Assembly (NCBI GenBank): GCA_963764795.1 | Contig: CAVXTV010000002.1 | Location: forward strand, 143,392-207,391 | Reading direction: 5' to 3' | Source of the DNA: an uncultured Solirubrobacterales bacterium | Lineage (GTDB): Bacteria > Actinomycetota > Thermoleophilia > Solirubrobacterales > 70-9 | Length of the DNA stretch: 64,000 nucleotides | Shown: one piece after another, positions 33,618 to 44,290 of the stretch | Position numbering within the stretch: the first letter of the stretch is position 1 | How the letters are laid out: the number at the start of each line of letters is the position of its first letter | Program-made: the position numbers and the translations under genes | Notes under the pieces: generated by a model | What the model was told of the DNA's origin: nothing | The model's input: only the letters and a program-made list of their open reading frames with translations | The model's database searches: none

Positions 33618-33691
33618 AGGGGCGTCCGGGGGAGGGTCTGCGGGAACTCCCGGCCGAAGGCCGGCCCGCAGACCCTCCCCCGGACGCCCCT
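33618..33691 (+). repeat. 74-nt hairpin with perfect 27-bp stem
   Basis: AGGGGCGTCCGGGGGAGGGTCTGCGGG pairs with CCCGCAGACCCTCCCCCGGACGCCCCT. The 20-nt loop itself holds CCGGCC-GAA-GGCCGG. Confidence 0.7.
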
Positions 33692-33722
33692 CCCCGTCAC
33701 TGCCGTCTCATAGGATCGATAC

Positions 33723-35768
33723 GTGAGCCGCGACCTCGACCAGCTGGCGATCAACACGATCCGCACCCTCTCGATCGACGCGATCCAAAAGGCCAACTCT
33801 GGCCACCCGGGCACGCCGATGGCGCTCGCCCCGGTCGCCTACACGCTTTGGCAGCGCTTCCTGCGCTTCGACCCGGCCGACCCGATCTGGCCCGGCCGCG
33901 ACCGCTTCGTGCTCTCCGCGGGGCACGCCTCGATGCTGCTCTACTCGCTGCTCCACCTCGCCGGGGTAAAGGCCGTCGATCCCGATTACGAGGTGGTTGG
34001 CGACCCCGCCGTTTCGCTCAAGGACATCGAGAGCTTCCGCCAGCTCGACTCGCGCGCGCCGGGACACCCCGAGTACCGCTGGACCTCCGGGGTCGAGACG
34101 ACCACCGGGCCGCTCGGCCAGGGCGTCGCCACCTCGGTCGGGATGGCGATCGCCGGCAAGTGGCAGGGCGCTCGCTACAACCGGCCGGACTACGAGCTCT
34201 TCGACTTCGACGTTTACGCGATCGCCGGCGACGGCTGCTTCATGGAGGGCGTTTCCAACGAAGCCGCCTCGATCGCCGGCCACCTCAAGCTCGACAACCT
34301 CTGCTGGATCTATGACAACAACCACATCACGATCGACGGCAAAACCCACCTTGCCTACGACGACGACGTCGCCGCCCGCTTCATCGGCTACGGCTGGAAC
34401 GTCACCCGGGTCGGCGACGCCAACGACACCGACCTGATCGCTACCGCCTTCGAGGAGTTCAAGGGGGAGGAGGGGCGGCCGACGCTGATCATCGTCGACA
34501 GTCACATCGGCTACGGCTCGCCGCACAAGGTCGACACCTCCGCCGCCCACGGCGAGCCGCTCGGCGAGGAGGAGGTGCGCGAGACCAAGCGCGCTTACGG
34601 CTGGCCCGAGGACGCTCAGTTCCTCGTCCCCGACGGCGTGCGCGAGCACTTCGATGCGGGCATCGGCAAGCGCGGCGCCGAGCTCAGCGCCGCCTGGAAA
34701 GAGCTGCTGGGCTCCTACGCGGGAGAGAACGCCGACCTCGCCGCCGAGATCGACGCTCTGCAGAGGCGTGAGCTGCCGGCTGGTTGGGACGCCGAGATCC
34801 CCAGCTTCGACCCCGACGAGAAGGGGATCGCCACTCGCAAGGCCTCGCAGCAGGTCGAGAACGCGATCGCCGCCCGCCTGCCCTGGCTGCTCGCCGGCTC
34901 CGCTGACCTCACCGACTCGACCTCGGTGCGGCTGGGTGGCGACGGCGCCGAGGACTTCGAGCCCGGCGCCTACGACGGGCGCCAGCTCCACTTCGGCATC
35001 CGCGAGCACGAGTCGGCGGCGATCTGCAACGGCCTCTCGCTCTCCAAGCTGCGGCCGCTCTGGTCGACCTACCTCACCTTCTCCGACTACGCCCGCCCGG
35101 CGATCCGGCTCTCGGCGCTGATGGAGCTGCCGGTGATCCACCTCTTCACCCACGACTCGATCGGCCTCGGCGAGGACGGCCCGACCCATCAGCCGGTCGA
35201 GCAGCTCGCCTCGCTGCGGGCGATCCCAGGCCTCGACGTGATCCGGCCCGCCGACGCCAACGAGGTAGCCGAGGCCTGGCGGGCGGCGATCGACCGCCAC
35301 CACCAGCCGGTTGCCCTGGTCCTCACCCGCCAGAACGTGCCCGTCTTCGACCGCTCCAAGTACGCCTCGGCCGAGGGGCTGCGCCGCGGCGCCTACGTGC
35401 TTGCCGACCCTGAGGGGGGCGATCCCGAGGTGATCCTGATCGCAACCGGCAGCGAGGTGGCGCTGGCTCTCTCCGCGCACGAGGAGCTGATCGCCGGCGG
35501 GGTGCGCTCGCGTGTGGTCAGCATGCCCTGCTGCGAGCTCTTCGACCGCCAGGACCCGGAGTACCGCGATCAGGTGCTGCCGTCGGGCGCCACCGCACGC
35601 GTATCGATCGAGGAGGCCTCGACCCTGGGCTGGGACCGCTACGTTGGCTTCGACGGCGTCAAGATCGGGATGCACACCTTCGGCACCTCGGCGCCGTTGA
35701 AGGACGTCCAAACCAAGTTCGGCTTCACCCCCGACAAGGTGGCCGAAGCCGCAAAGGAGCTGCTCTGA
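33723..35768 (+). CDS. tkt: transketolase
   Basis: 681 aa intact: SGHPGTPMALAP, AGDGCFMEG, HDSIGLGEDGPTHQP. Confidence 0.95.
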   Translation: MSRDLDQLAINTIRTLSIDAIQKANSGHPGTPMALAPVAYTLWQRFLRFDPADPIWPGRDRFVLSAGHASMLLYSLLHLAGVKAVDPDYEVVGDPAVSLKDIESFRQLDSRAPGHPEYRWTSGVETTTGPLGQGVATSVGMAIAGKWQGARYNRPDYELFDFDVYAIAGDGCFMEGVSNEAASIAGHLKLDNLCWIYDNNHITIDGKTHLAYDDDVAARFIGYGWNVTRVGDANDTDLIATAFEEFKGEEGRPTLIIVDSHIGYGSPHKVDTSAAHGEPLGEEEVRETKRAYGWPEDAQFLVPDGVREHFDAGIGKRGAELSAAWKELLGSYAGENADLAAEIDALQRRELPAGWDAEIPSFDPDEKGIATRKASQQVENAIAARLPWLLAGSADLTDSTSVRLGGDGAEDFEPGAYDGRQLHFGIREHESAAICNGLSLSKLRPLWSTYLTFSDYARPAIRLSALMELPVIHLFTHDSIGLGEDGPTHQPVEQLASLRAIPGLDVIRPADANEVAEAWRAAIDRHHQPVALVLTRQNVPVFDRSKYASAEGLRRGAYVLADPEGGDPEVILIATGSEVALALSAHEELIAGGVRSRVVSMPCCELFDRQDPEYRDQVLPSGATARVSIEEASTLGWDRYVGFDGVKIGMHTFGTSAPLKDVQTKFGFTPDKVAEAAKELL

Positions 35769-36864
35769 TGAAGCCGACCGCGAAGCTGCACGACATTGGC
35801 CAGAGCCTCTGGCTCGACAACATCACCCGCACGATGCTGGCCGATGGGACCCTCGAGGGGTACATCGATGAGCTCTCGGTCACCGGGCTGACTTCGAACC
35901 CGACGATCTTCGACAAGGCGATCTCCGGCGGCGACGCCTACGACGATCAGATCGCCAAGCTCAGCGCCAGCTCCATCCCCGAGGAGGGAATCGGCGCCAC
36001 TCCCACCGAGCGGATCTTCTTCGAGCTGGCCCTCGCCGACCTGCGCGACGCGACCAACCTCTTCAAGGGCGTTCACGAGCGCACCGGCGGTCTCGACGGC
36101 TTCTGCTCCCTTGAGGTCTCGCCGCTGATCGCCGACGACGCCGGGGCGACGATCGAGGAGGCCGCCGAACTGCACGCCAAGGCGGAGCGCGACAACCTCT
36201 TCATCAAGATTCCGGGTACCGAGGCCGGTCTGACGGCGATCGAGGAGTCGATCTTCGCCGGCATCCCGATCAACGTCACGCTGCTCTTCGACGACAAGCA
36301 GTACCTGGCTGCCGCCGACGCCTACATGAAGGGAATCGAGCGGCGGATCGAGGCCGGCCTCAGCGCCGACGTCGCCTCCGTCGCCTCGATCTTCATGAGC
36401 CGCTGGGACGTCGCCGTCGCAGGCGAAGTGCCCGACGAGCTGCACAACCGGCTCGGCCTCGCGATCGGCTTCCAGGCCTACCGCGCCTACCGCGAGTTGC
36501 TCGACTCAGACCGCGTGCAGCGGCTGATGAATGAGGGGGCCCGGCCGCAGCGCCTGCTCTGGGCGAGCACCGGCACCAAGGATCCCGACGCCTCCGACAC
36601 CCTCTACATCGAGGGCTTCGCCTCGCCCTTCACGGTCAACACGATGCCCGAGCCGACCCTGCACGCCTTTGCCGATCACGGCGAGGTTGGCGAGCTGATT
36701 CCCGCGGATGGTGGCGACTGCGATCAGGTGCTGGCGAAATTCGGCGACGCTGGCATCGATGTGGACGCGCTTGCCCAGCGGCTGCAGGAGGAGGGCAAGG
36801 ATGCCTTCGCCAAGTCGTGGGACGAGATGCTGAAGACGATCGAGTCGCAGGCCGGGGCGCGGGC

Positions 36865-36868
<4 letters not shown>
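35768..36868 (+). CDS. tal: transaldolase (long actinobacterial type)
   Basis: 366 aa intact: [10 protein letters not shown]...[11 protein letters not shown]...FIKIPGT. ATGA overlap with the tkt stop. Confidence 0.95.
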
Positions 36869-38505
<1,637 letters not shown>

Positions 38506-38515
38506 GCTCGCCGAC

Positions 38516-39901
38516 ATGCTCTCGCTCGACGCGCTCCCGTTGGCGGCGTCGGCGTCGAATCTGCTCGCCGCCCGCGAGCAGATGGCCTTCACCCTCGCCT
38601 TTCACATCGTCCTCTCCTGCCTCGGGGTGGCGCTGCCGGCGATGATCCTGATCGCCAACTACGTCGGCCTCAAACGCGGCGACGAGGCGGCGATGGAGTT
38701 GGCCCGCCGCTGGTCGAAGGCGATGGCCGTCACCTTCGCCGTCGGCGCCGTCACCGGCACCGTGCTGAGCTTCGAGTTCGGCCTGCTCTGGCCCCATTTC
38801 ATGGACCGCTTCGGCTCGGCCTTCGGCATCGCCTTCGCGATCGAGGGGCTCTTCTTCTTCACCGAGGCGATCTTCCTGGCGATCTACATCTACGGCTGGA
38901 AGCGGCTCAGTGGCTGGGCTCACTGGTGGTCGGGCGTGCCGATGGTGATCACCGGCATCGGCGGCGCCTTCTCGGTGGTCGCCGCCAACGCCTGGATGAA
39001 CCAGCCGCAGGGCTTCACCCTCGACGCGGCCGGCAAGGTCGTCGACACCAATCCCGGCCAGATCCTCTTCAACCCGGCGACCGGCTACGAGGCCCCGCAC
39101 ATGATCCTCGCCGCCTACATGGTGGTCGGCTTCCTCGTCGCCTCGATCTACGCGGTCGGGATGCTGAAGGGGCGCCGCGACCGCCTGCACCGGCTCGGCC
39201 TGCTTATCCCGCTGACGATCGCCTGCATCGCGACCCCGGTCCAGCTCTTCGTCGGTGACACCGCGGCGCGCGAAGTCGCCGACCACCAGCCGGCCAAGTT
39301 CGCCGGCATGGAGTGCATCCAGAAGACCGGCACCCACCAGACCGAGTACGTCGGCGGCATCTGCACCGGCGACGGGGTCGAGGGCGCGATCCCAATCCCC
39401 GACCTCGACTCCTTCCTGGTCGGCTTCCACGCCGACACCAAGGTCGTCGGCCTCGCCAACATCCCGGTCGACGAACGGCCCCCCGCCAACACCATGCTGC
39501 ACCTCGCCTTCGACGGCATGGTCGGCATCGGCAGCGCGCTGCTCCTGCTCGGCGCCTGGCTCGCCTTCGCCTGGTGGCGCCGCCGCGACATCCCCAGCAC
39601 GCCCTGGTTCCTGCGCGCCGTGGCGATCTCCGGCGCGGGAGCGATCTTCGCCCTCTGGATGGGCTGGATCGTCACCGAGGTCGGCCGCCAGCCCTGGATC
39701 GTGCAGGGCTACATGCGCACCTCCGAAGCGGTCACCGACGCCAAGGGGATCTGGTTCAGCTTCGCCCTCGTTCTGCTGCTCTACGCGGCGATCGGGACGA
39801 TCGCGGTCCTGGTGCTGCGGGGGATGTCGCGGCGCTGGCGCGAAGGCGACGCCGACACCGACGTCCCCTATTCCCCCCCAACCGAGAGCCGATGGGCCTG
39901 A
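38516..39901 (+). CDS. cydA: cytochrome bd ubiquinol oxidase subunit I
   Basis: 461 aa intact: typical CydA N-terminus and GWIVTEVGRQPW motif. The last codons and the TGA stop lie inside repeat family A copy 2. Confidence 0.95.
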   Translation: MLSLDALPLAASASNLLAAREQMAFTLAFHIVLSCLGVALPAMILIANYVGLKRGDEAAMELARRWSKAMAVTFAVGAVTGTVLSFEFGLLWPHFMDRFGSAFGIAFAIEGLFFFTEAIFLAIYIYGWKRLSGWAHWWSGVPMVITGIGGAFSVVAANAWMNQPQGFTLDAAGKVVDTNPGQILFNPATGYEAPHMILAAYMVVGFLVASIYAVGMLKGRRDRLHRLGLLIPLTIACIATPVQLFVGDTAAREVADHQPAKFAGMECIQKTGTHQTEYVGGICTGDGVEGAIPIPDLDSFLVGFHADTKVVGLANIPVDERPPANTMLHLAFDGMVGIGSALLLLGAWLAFAWWRRRDIPSTPWFLRAVAISGAGAIFALWMGWIVTEVGRQPWIVQGYMRTSEAVTDAKGIWFSFALVLLLYAAIGTIAVLVLRGMSRRWREGDADTDVPYSPPTESRWA

Positions 39902-39935
39902 AAGCGATCTATATCTTCGCTTTGAGTCCCGTCGA
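39889..39935 (+). repeat. 47-nt hairpin element, family A copy 2
   Basis: CCGATGGGCCTGAAAGCGATCTATATCTTCGCTTTGAGTCCCGTCGA between cydA and cydB. Confidence 0.8.
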
Positions 39936-39950
39936 CGGGGGTTTTCTCGT

Positions 39951-40970
39951 ATGACGCGGGCCGATGTGTGCGCCGGGATCCTCTGGGTCGGGGCGACCTT
40001 CTATGCGCTCTTCGGGGGGGCAGACTTCGGTGCCGGCTTCTGGGACCTGGTCGCTGGTGGGCCCGAGCGCGGCGAGCGGCCGCGGGCGCTGATCCAGCGC
40101 TCGCTGACCCCGGTCTGGGAGGCCAACCACGTCTGGTTGATCTTCATCCTCGTCGTCCTCTGGACCGCCTTCCCGCCGGCCTTCAGCGCCGTGATGACGA
40201 CGCTGTACGTACCGATCGCCCTGGCCGCGGTGGGCATCGTCCTGCGCGGCTCCGGCTTTGCCTTTCGAAAGTCGATCGTTGGCCTCTCGGGCCGCCGCGC
40301 CGCCGGCGCCACCTTTGCGATCTCCTCGCTCGTGACTCCGTTCTTCATGGGCGCGGTGGTCGGCGCGGTCGCCTCGGGCAACGTCCCGGCCGACGGCAAC
40401 GGCGCTCCTTTCTCCAGCTGGCTCGAGCCCCTGCCGCTGCTGACCGGGGCGATGTTCGTCGCCAGCGGCGCCTACCTCTCCGCCGTCTTCCTGATCGGCG
40501 ACGCTCGCCGCTCGGGGGACGAGGAGCTCGCCGGCTACTTCGCCCGCCGGGCCCTCGCCGCCGCCACGCTCGCCGGGGTCGCGGCTGCCTTCGGCCTGAT
40601 CGAGCTGCACGCCGAAGCCCGCTACATCTTCGATCGCCTCATCGACCAGGGCCTGCCGCTGGTGATCCTCTCCGCCCTCTGCGGGATTGGCGCCCTCGTC
40701 ATCCTCCTCTCGGCCGCCGGCCGTCGGGGCATGCGCTCGCCGGGACTGCTCCGGCCGCTCGCCGGTGGCGCCGTGATCGCGGTGATCTGGGGCTGGGGCG
40801 TCGCCCAGTTCCCCTACCTCTTGCCGACCTCGCTGAAGATCACCGAAGCGGCGGCTCCACCCGACACCCTGGCCGCCGTGGTCATCGTCTTCATCGTCGC
40901 CGCGATCCTCGTCCTTCCCGCCCTCGGCCTGCTCTACTGGCTCTCGCAGAAGGAACTGCTCGGTGAGTGA
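39951..40970 (+). CDS. cydB: cytochrome bd ubiquinol oxidase subunit II
   Basis: 339 aa from ATG 39951, within the frame of track ORF 39255..40970. GADFGAGFWDL and WEANHVWLI motifs. Confidence 0.9.
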   Translation: MTRADVCAGILWVGATFYALFGGADFGAGFWDLVAGGPERGERPRALIQRSLTPVWEANHVWLIFILVVLWTAFPPAFSAVMTTLYVPIALAAVGIVLRGSGFAFRKSIVGLSGRRAAGATFAISSLVTPFFMGAVVGAVASGNVPADGNGAPFSSWLEPLPLLTGAMFVASGAYLSAVFLIGDARRSGDEELAGYFARRALAAATLAGVAAAFGLIELHAEARYIFDRLIDQGLPLVILSALCGIGALVILLSAAGRRGMRSPGLLRPLAGGAVIAVIWGWGVAQFPYLLPTSLKITEAAAPPDTLAAVVIVFIVAAILVLPALGLLYWLSQKELLGE

Positions 40971-41643
40971 GGCCGGCGCGGACCGCGCCGTCCTCTTCGA
41001 CATCGACGGCACCATCCTCGTCACCGGGGGCGCCGGCGGCGTCGCCTGGCAGCGCGCCTTCGAGGAGCTGCACGGGGTCGAGGCAAACGTCGCCGAGCAC
41101 ACCGACGCCGGCATGACCGACCCCGAGATCGCCGCGATCGTCTTCCGCGAGGTGATCGGCCGCGAGGGCACGCAGGAAGAGCGCTCGAAAGCGATCGGCT
41201 GCTACCTCAAGCACCTCCCCGATGCCGTCACCGAGTCGGACGGCTACCGGGTGATGCCGGGGATCGAGCAGCTGCTGCCGCGCCTGATCGAGGACGGCGT
41301 CCTGCTCGGCCTGGTCACCGGCAACATCGAGGCCGCCGCCCACATCAAGCTCGCTCGCGCTCGCCTCAACCGCTTCTTCAGCTTCGGTGGCTACGGCTCG
41401 GACTCGGCCGATCGCACCGAGGTGACCAAGGCCGCCCTCGGCCGCGGCACCCTCGTCTCCGGCGGCACGCTCGGCGACGGCAGCTGCATCGCCGTTGGCG
41501 ATACTCCTCGCGACGTCAGCGCCGGCCATGGGGCTGGCATCGCCGTGGTCGGCGTCGCCACCGGCAGCTACGAGGTCGAGCAGCTGCGCGAGGCAGGAGC
41601 CGACTACGCGCTCTCCTCGGTCGTCAGCGGTTTCCCGCTCTAG
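40963..41643 (+). CDS. HAD-family hydrolase (phosphoglycolate phosphatase-like)
   Basis: LFDIDGTIL (DxDGT), LVTGN and VGDTPRDV motifs. Confidence 0.8.
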   Translation: MSEAGADRAVLFDIDGTILVTGGAGGVAWQRAFEELHGVEANVAEHTDAGMTDPEIAAIVFREVIGREGTQEERSKAIGCYLKHLPDAVTESDGYRVMPGIEQLLPRLIEDGVLLGLVTGNIEAAAHIKLARARLNRFFSFGGYGSDSADRTEVTKAALGRGTLVSGGTLGDGSCIAVGDTPRDVSAGHGAGIAVVGVATGSYEVEQLREAGADYALSSVVSGFPL

Positions 41644-41710
41644 TAGGCTGAGCGGCGGTCCCAATGCAGTTGAAGTAGGCCGTCGTCGTCGATATGGCGC
41701 AGGGGAAGGT

Positions 41711-44290
41711 TTGGCTCTTCACGCCCGCAGGGCATTGGGACTATCGCTGGTCGTCTTGGGACTGCTCCTCTTTGCGGGGCAGACCTCGGCTGCCGCCGCC
41801 GAATTCGGGATCGCTCCCGAAGGCTTCACGGTGCGGATGCTCGACGCCGAAGGCAACCCGGAGGATCGCGCCGGCGCCCACCCCGATCTTCTCCAGATCG
41901 ATTTCGCCCTAAACCTCGAAGGCAGCGAGGCCCGTGACCTCGCCTTCGAACTGCCTCCCGGGCTCGGCCTCAACGCCGCAGCGGTGCCCGCCTGCCCGCG
42001 GGCGCTGGTCGAGGCAGAAGAAGAATGTCCGGCCTCGAGCCAGGTCGGTAGCTTCGAAATCGTCCTCTCCGGCGGTGCCAGCACGGTTCTACCCCTCTTC
42101 GAGCTGGAACCCCTCCCTGGCCAGCCGGGGGCCTTCGGCACCAAGCCCTCCTTTTCGCTGCCGGTAAAGACCGAACTGCGTCCCACCGACTTCGGCATCA
42201 ACGTCGAGGTCAGCGACCTCCCGCAGGAACCGGTCGCCGAAGGGCACCTCGAGCTGTGGGGCGTCCCCGCCGATCATCAAGAAGGCACCGGGATCCCGCG
42301 CAGGGCGCTGCTGAGCGCGCCTTCGAGTTGCGGACCGCTGGCATTTGGCTTCCGCGCTCGCTCCTGGGACGAAGGCTCGCCGTGGAGCGAAGCGACGGCG
42401 GAAACCCCGCCCCTGACCGGCTGCGAGAGCCTCGCCTTCGAACCCGGGGTCCAGATGCGGCTGAGCAACCCGGTGGCAGATTCGCCGACCGGGCTGACGA
42501 CGGACCTGAGCATGCCCGAAGAAACGGCCGCCGAGGAACTCGCCCAGGCCCAGATCAAGGACGTCAGCATCGAGATGCCGGCCGGGATCGGCCTTTCCCC
42601 GGGGGGAGCGGCAGGGCTCAGCGCCTGTAGCGACGCCGAGCTGGGGCTTGGCAACGGAGCCGCTCCGCGCTGTCCTCCGTCATCCAAGGTCGGTGTGGTC
42701 GAACTCGCCTCGCCGGCGATCGCCGGCGCCCTCGCCGGGACGATCTACCTCGGCACCGAAAAGCCCGGTCAGCGGTTTCGGGTCTTCGTGGTCGCCAGCG
42801 CTGCGGGCATCCCGATCAAGTTCGTCGGCACCCTCCAGGTCGCGCCCGGCAGCGGCCGGATCTCGGCGGTCCTGCAGAACCTGCCACCGCTGGCGATAAA
42901 TCGAATCGGGATCGGCTTCGACGGGGGCAGTGGCGCGCTGTTCGCCTCACCGCTGGCCTGTGGCACGGCGAACGCCGTCGTCGGTTTCACGCCCTATGGC
43001 GGTGGTGCCCCGGTGGCGGTCTCGAGCGGGGTGGCGGTCGCTCCGCTGCCGCCGGCGACCGCGTGCACGGCGCCTTCCTTCTCGCCACAGCTGGTGACCG
43101 CGGCGACTAGTCGCCGAGCCGGCCACGAGACCTCGTTCTCCTCGACCGTGCGCCGCCGCCAGGGAGAACAGCTGCCATCGCGGCTCTCTTTCACGCTGCC
43201 GGCGGGGTTGAGCGCGAGGCTGGGGGCGGTCCAGGCCTGTCCGCCGGCAGCTGTGGCGGCGGAGAGTTGTCCCGACTCGAGCCGGATCGGCAGTCTGCTT
43301 GCCGAGATCGGCTCCGGCTCCAGTACCGCTGCGTTGCGTGGCGGCCTCTTTCTGACCGGGCCCTACCGCCGCGCGCCCTTTGGCGTGCTGATCGAGATCC
43401 CCGCTGCGATCGGTCCCTTCGATCTCGGCTCGATCTCGCTGCGTGGGGGGGCTGAGCTGGATCCGCGCAGCGGCCGGCTCATCGTCGCCACCGATCGCCT
43501 CCCGGCCTCGGTCGAAGGGGTCGATGTCCGCTTCCAGACGATCGAGCTGGACCTGGACAGGCCGGGGTTCCTCCGCAACCCGACCAGCTGCTCGGCCAGC
43601 GCCACCGATGCTTTGCTGGAAGCGCAAGAAGGCGCTTCGGCACGCGCCAGTAGCCCCTTCCGCGCTCGTGCCTGCAAGCAGCTCGGCTTCAAGCCGACGA
43701 TGCGAATCGCCCTCGTCGGGCGCAAGCAGCTGCACCGGCGCGGCAGGCCAGGCTTGCGCGCGACCGTGCGCCTGCGGCCCGGCGACGCCAACCTGCGGGC
43801 GCTGAAGATGTCGCTGCCCCCGGCGCTCGCCTTTTCCTCGGGTGGGCTCGGGGAGATCTGCTCTCGTGCCGACGCGATTGACGGGCGCTGCCCGGCCAAG
43901 TCGCGGATCGGCAGCGCCAGCGCCACCACCTCGCTGCTCGGCGAACCGCTCCGGGGCTCGCTCTACGTTGCCCAGCCCAACGGCAGCGGCCTCCCTGACA
44001 TCTGGGTCACGCTCAGCGGCGGCGGCATCGAGGTCAACCTGAAGGGCACCGGAGTCAGCCGCCACGGAAGGTTCGTGATCGACCTGGGCGGCTTGCCGGA
44101 CATCCCGCTCTCGTCATTCGTGCTGAAGCTCCGGCCGGGGGGCGCCATATCCCTCGCCGCCCCGCCCTGCCGCGGAGATCGACCGCGCCACTTTGCGGCG
44201 CCGGTCGCGATCGCCGGGCAGAACGCTGCCCGGCGCGCGTTCCAGGCTCAGGTCGGGCTTGGGGTCCACTGCACCGCCGGTTCGAGATGA
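41711..44290 (+). CDS. secreted protein built from four ~205-aa modules with a C-x(8-14)-CP-x-x-S-x-(V/I)-G motif
   Basis: In-frame TTG 41711 gives a signal peptide (LALHARRALGLSLVVLGLLLFAGQTSAAAA). The motif recurs at about nt 41993, 42626, 43238 and 43858. ATGA overlap with the MMPL gene. Confidence 0.7.
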   Translation: MALHARRALGLSLVVLGLLLFAGQTSAAAAEFGIAPEGFTVRMLDAEGNPEDRAGAHPDLLQIDFALNLEGSEARDLAFELPPGLGLNAAAVPACPRALVEAEEECPASSQVGSFEIVLSGGASTVLPLFELEPLPGQPGAFGTKPSFSLPVKTELRPTDFGINVEVSDLPQEPVAEGHLELWGVPADHQEGTGIPRRALLSAPSSCGPLAFGFRARSWDEGSPWSEATAETPPLTGCESLAFEPGVQMRLSNPVADSPTGLTTDLSMPEETAAEELAQAQIKDVSIEMPAGIGLSPGGAAGLSACSDAELGLGNGAAPRCPPSSKVGVVELASPAIAGALAGTIYLGTEKPGQRFRVFVVASAAGIPIKFVGTLQVAPGSGRISAVLQNLPPLAINRIGIGFDGGSGALFASPLACGTANAVVGFTPYGGGAPVAVSSGVAVAPLPPATACTAPSFSPQLVTAATSRRAGHETSFSSTVRRRQGEQLPSRLSFTLPAGLSARLGAVQACPPAAVAAESCPDSSRIGSLLAEIGSGSSTAALRGGLFLTGPYRRAPFGVLIEIPAAIGPFDLGSISLRGGAELDPRSGRLIVATDRLPASVEGVDVRFQTIELDLDRPGFLRNPTSCSASATDALLEAQEGASARASSPFRARACKQLGFKPTMRIALVGRKQLHRRGRPGLRATVRLRPGDANLRALKMSLPPALAFSSGGLGEICSRADAIDGRCPAKSRIGSASATTSLLGEPLRGSLYVAQPNGSGLPDIWVTLSGGGIEVNLKGTGVSRHGRFVIDLGGLPDIPLSSFVLKLRPGGAISLAAPPCRGDRPRHFAAPVAIAGQNAARRAFQAQVGLGVHCTAGSR

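Noticed and set aside
41495-41710. N-terminal 72 residues of track ORF 41495..44290
   Set aside because: They overlap the 3' end of the HAD gene in another frame and have low-complexity Ser/Arg/Pro composition. The signal peptide begins only at the in-frame TTG 41711.
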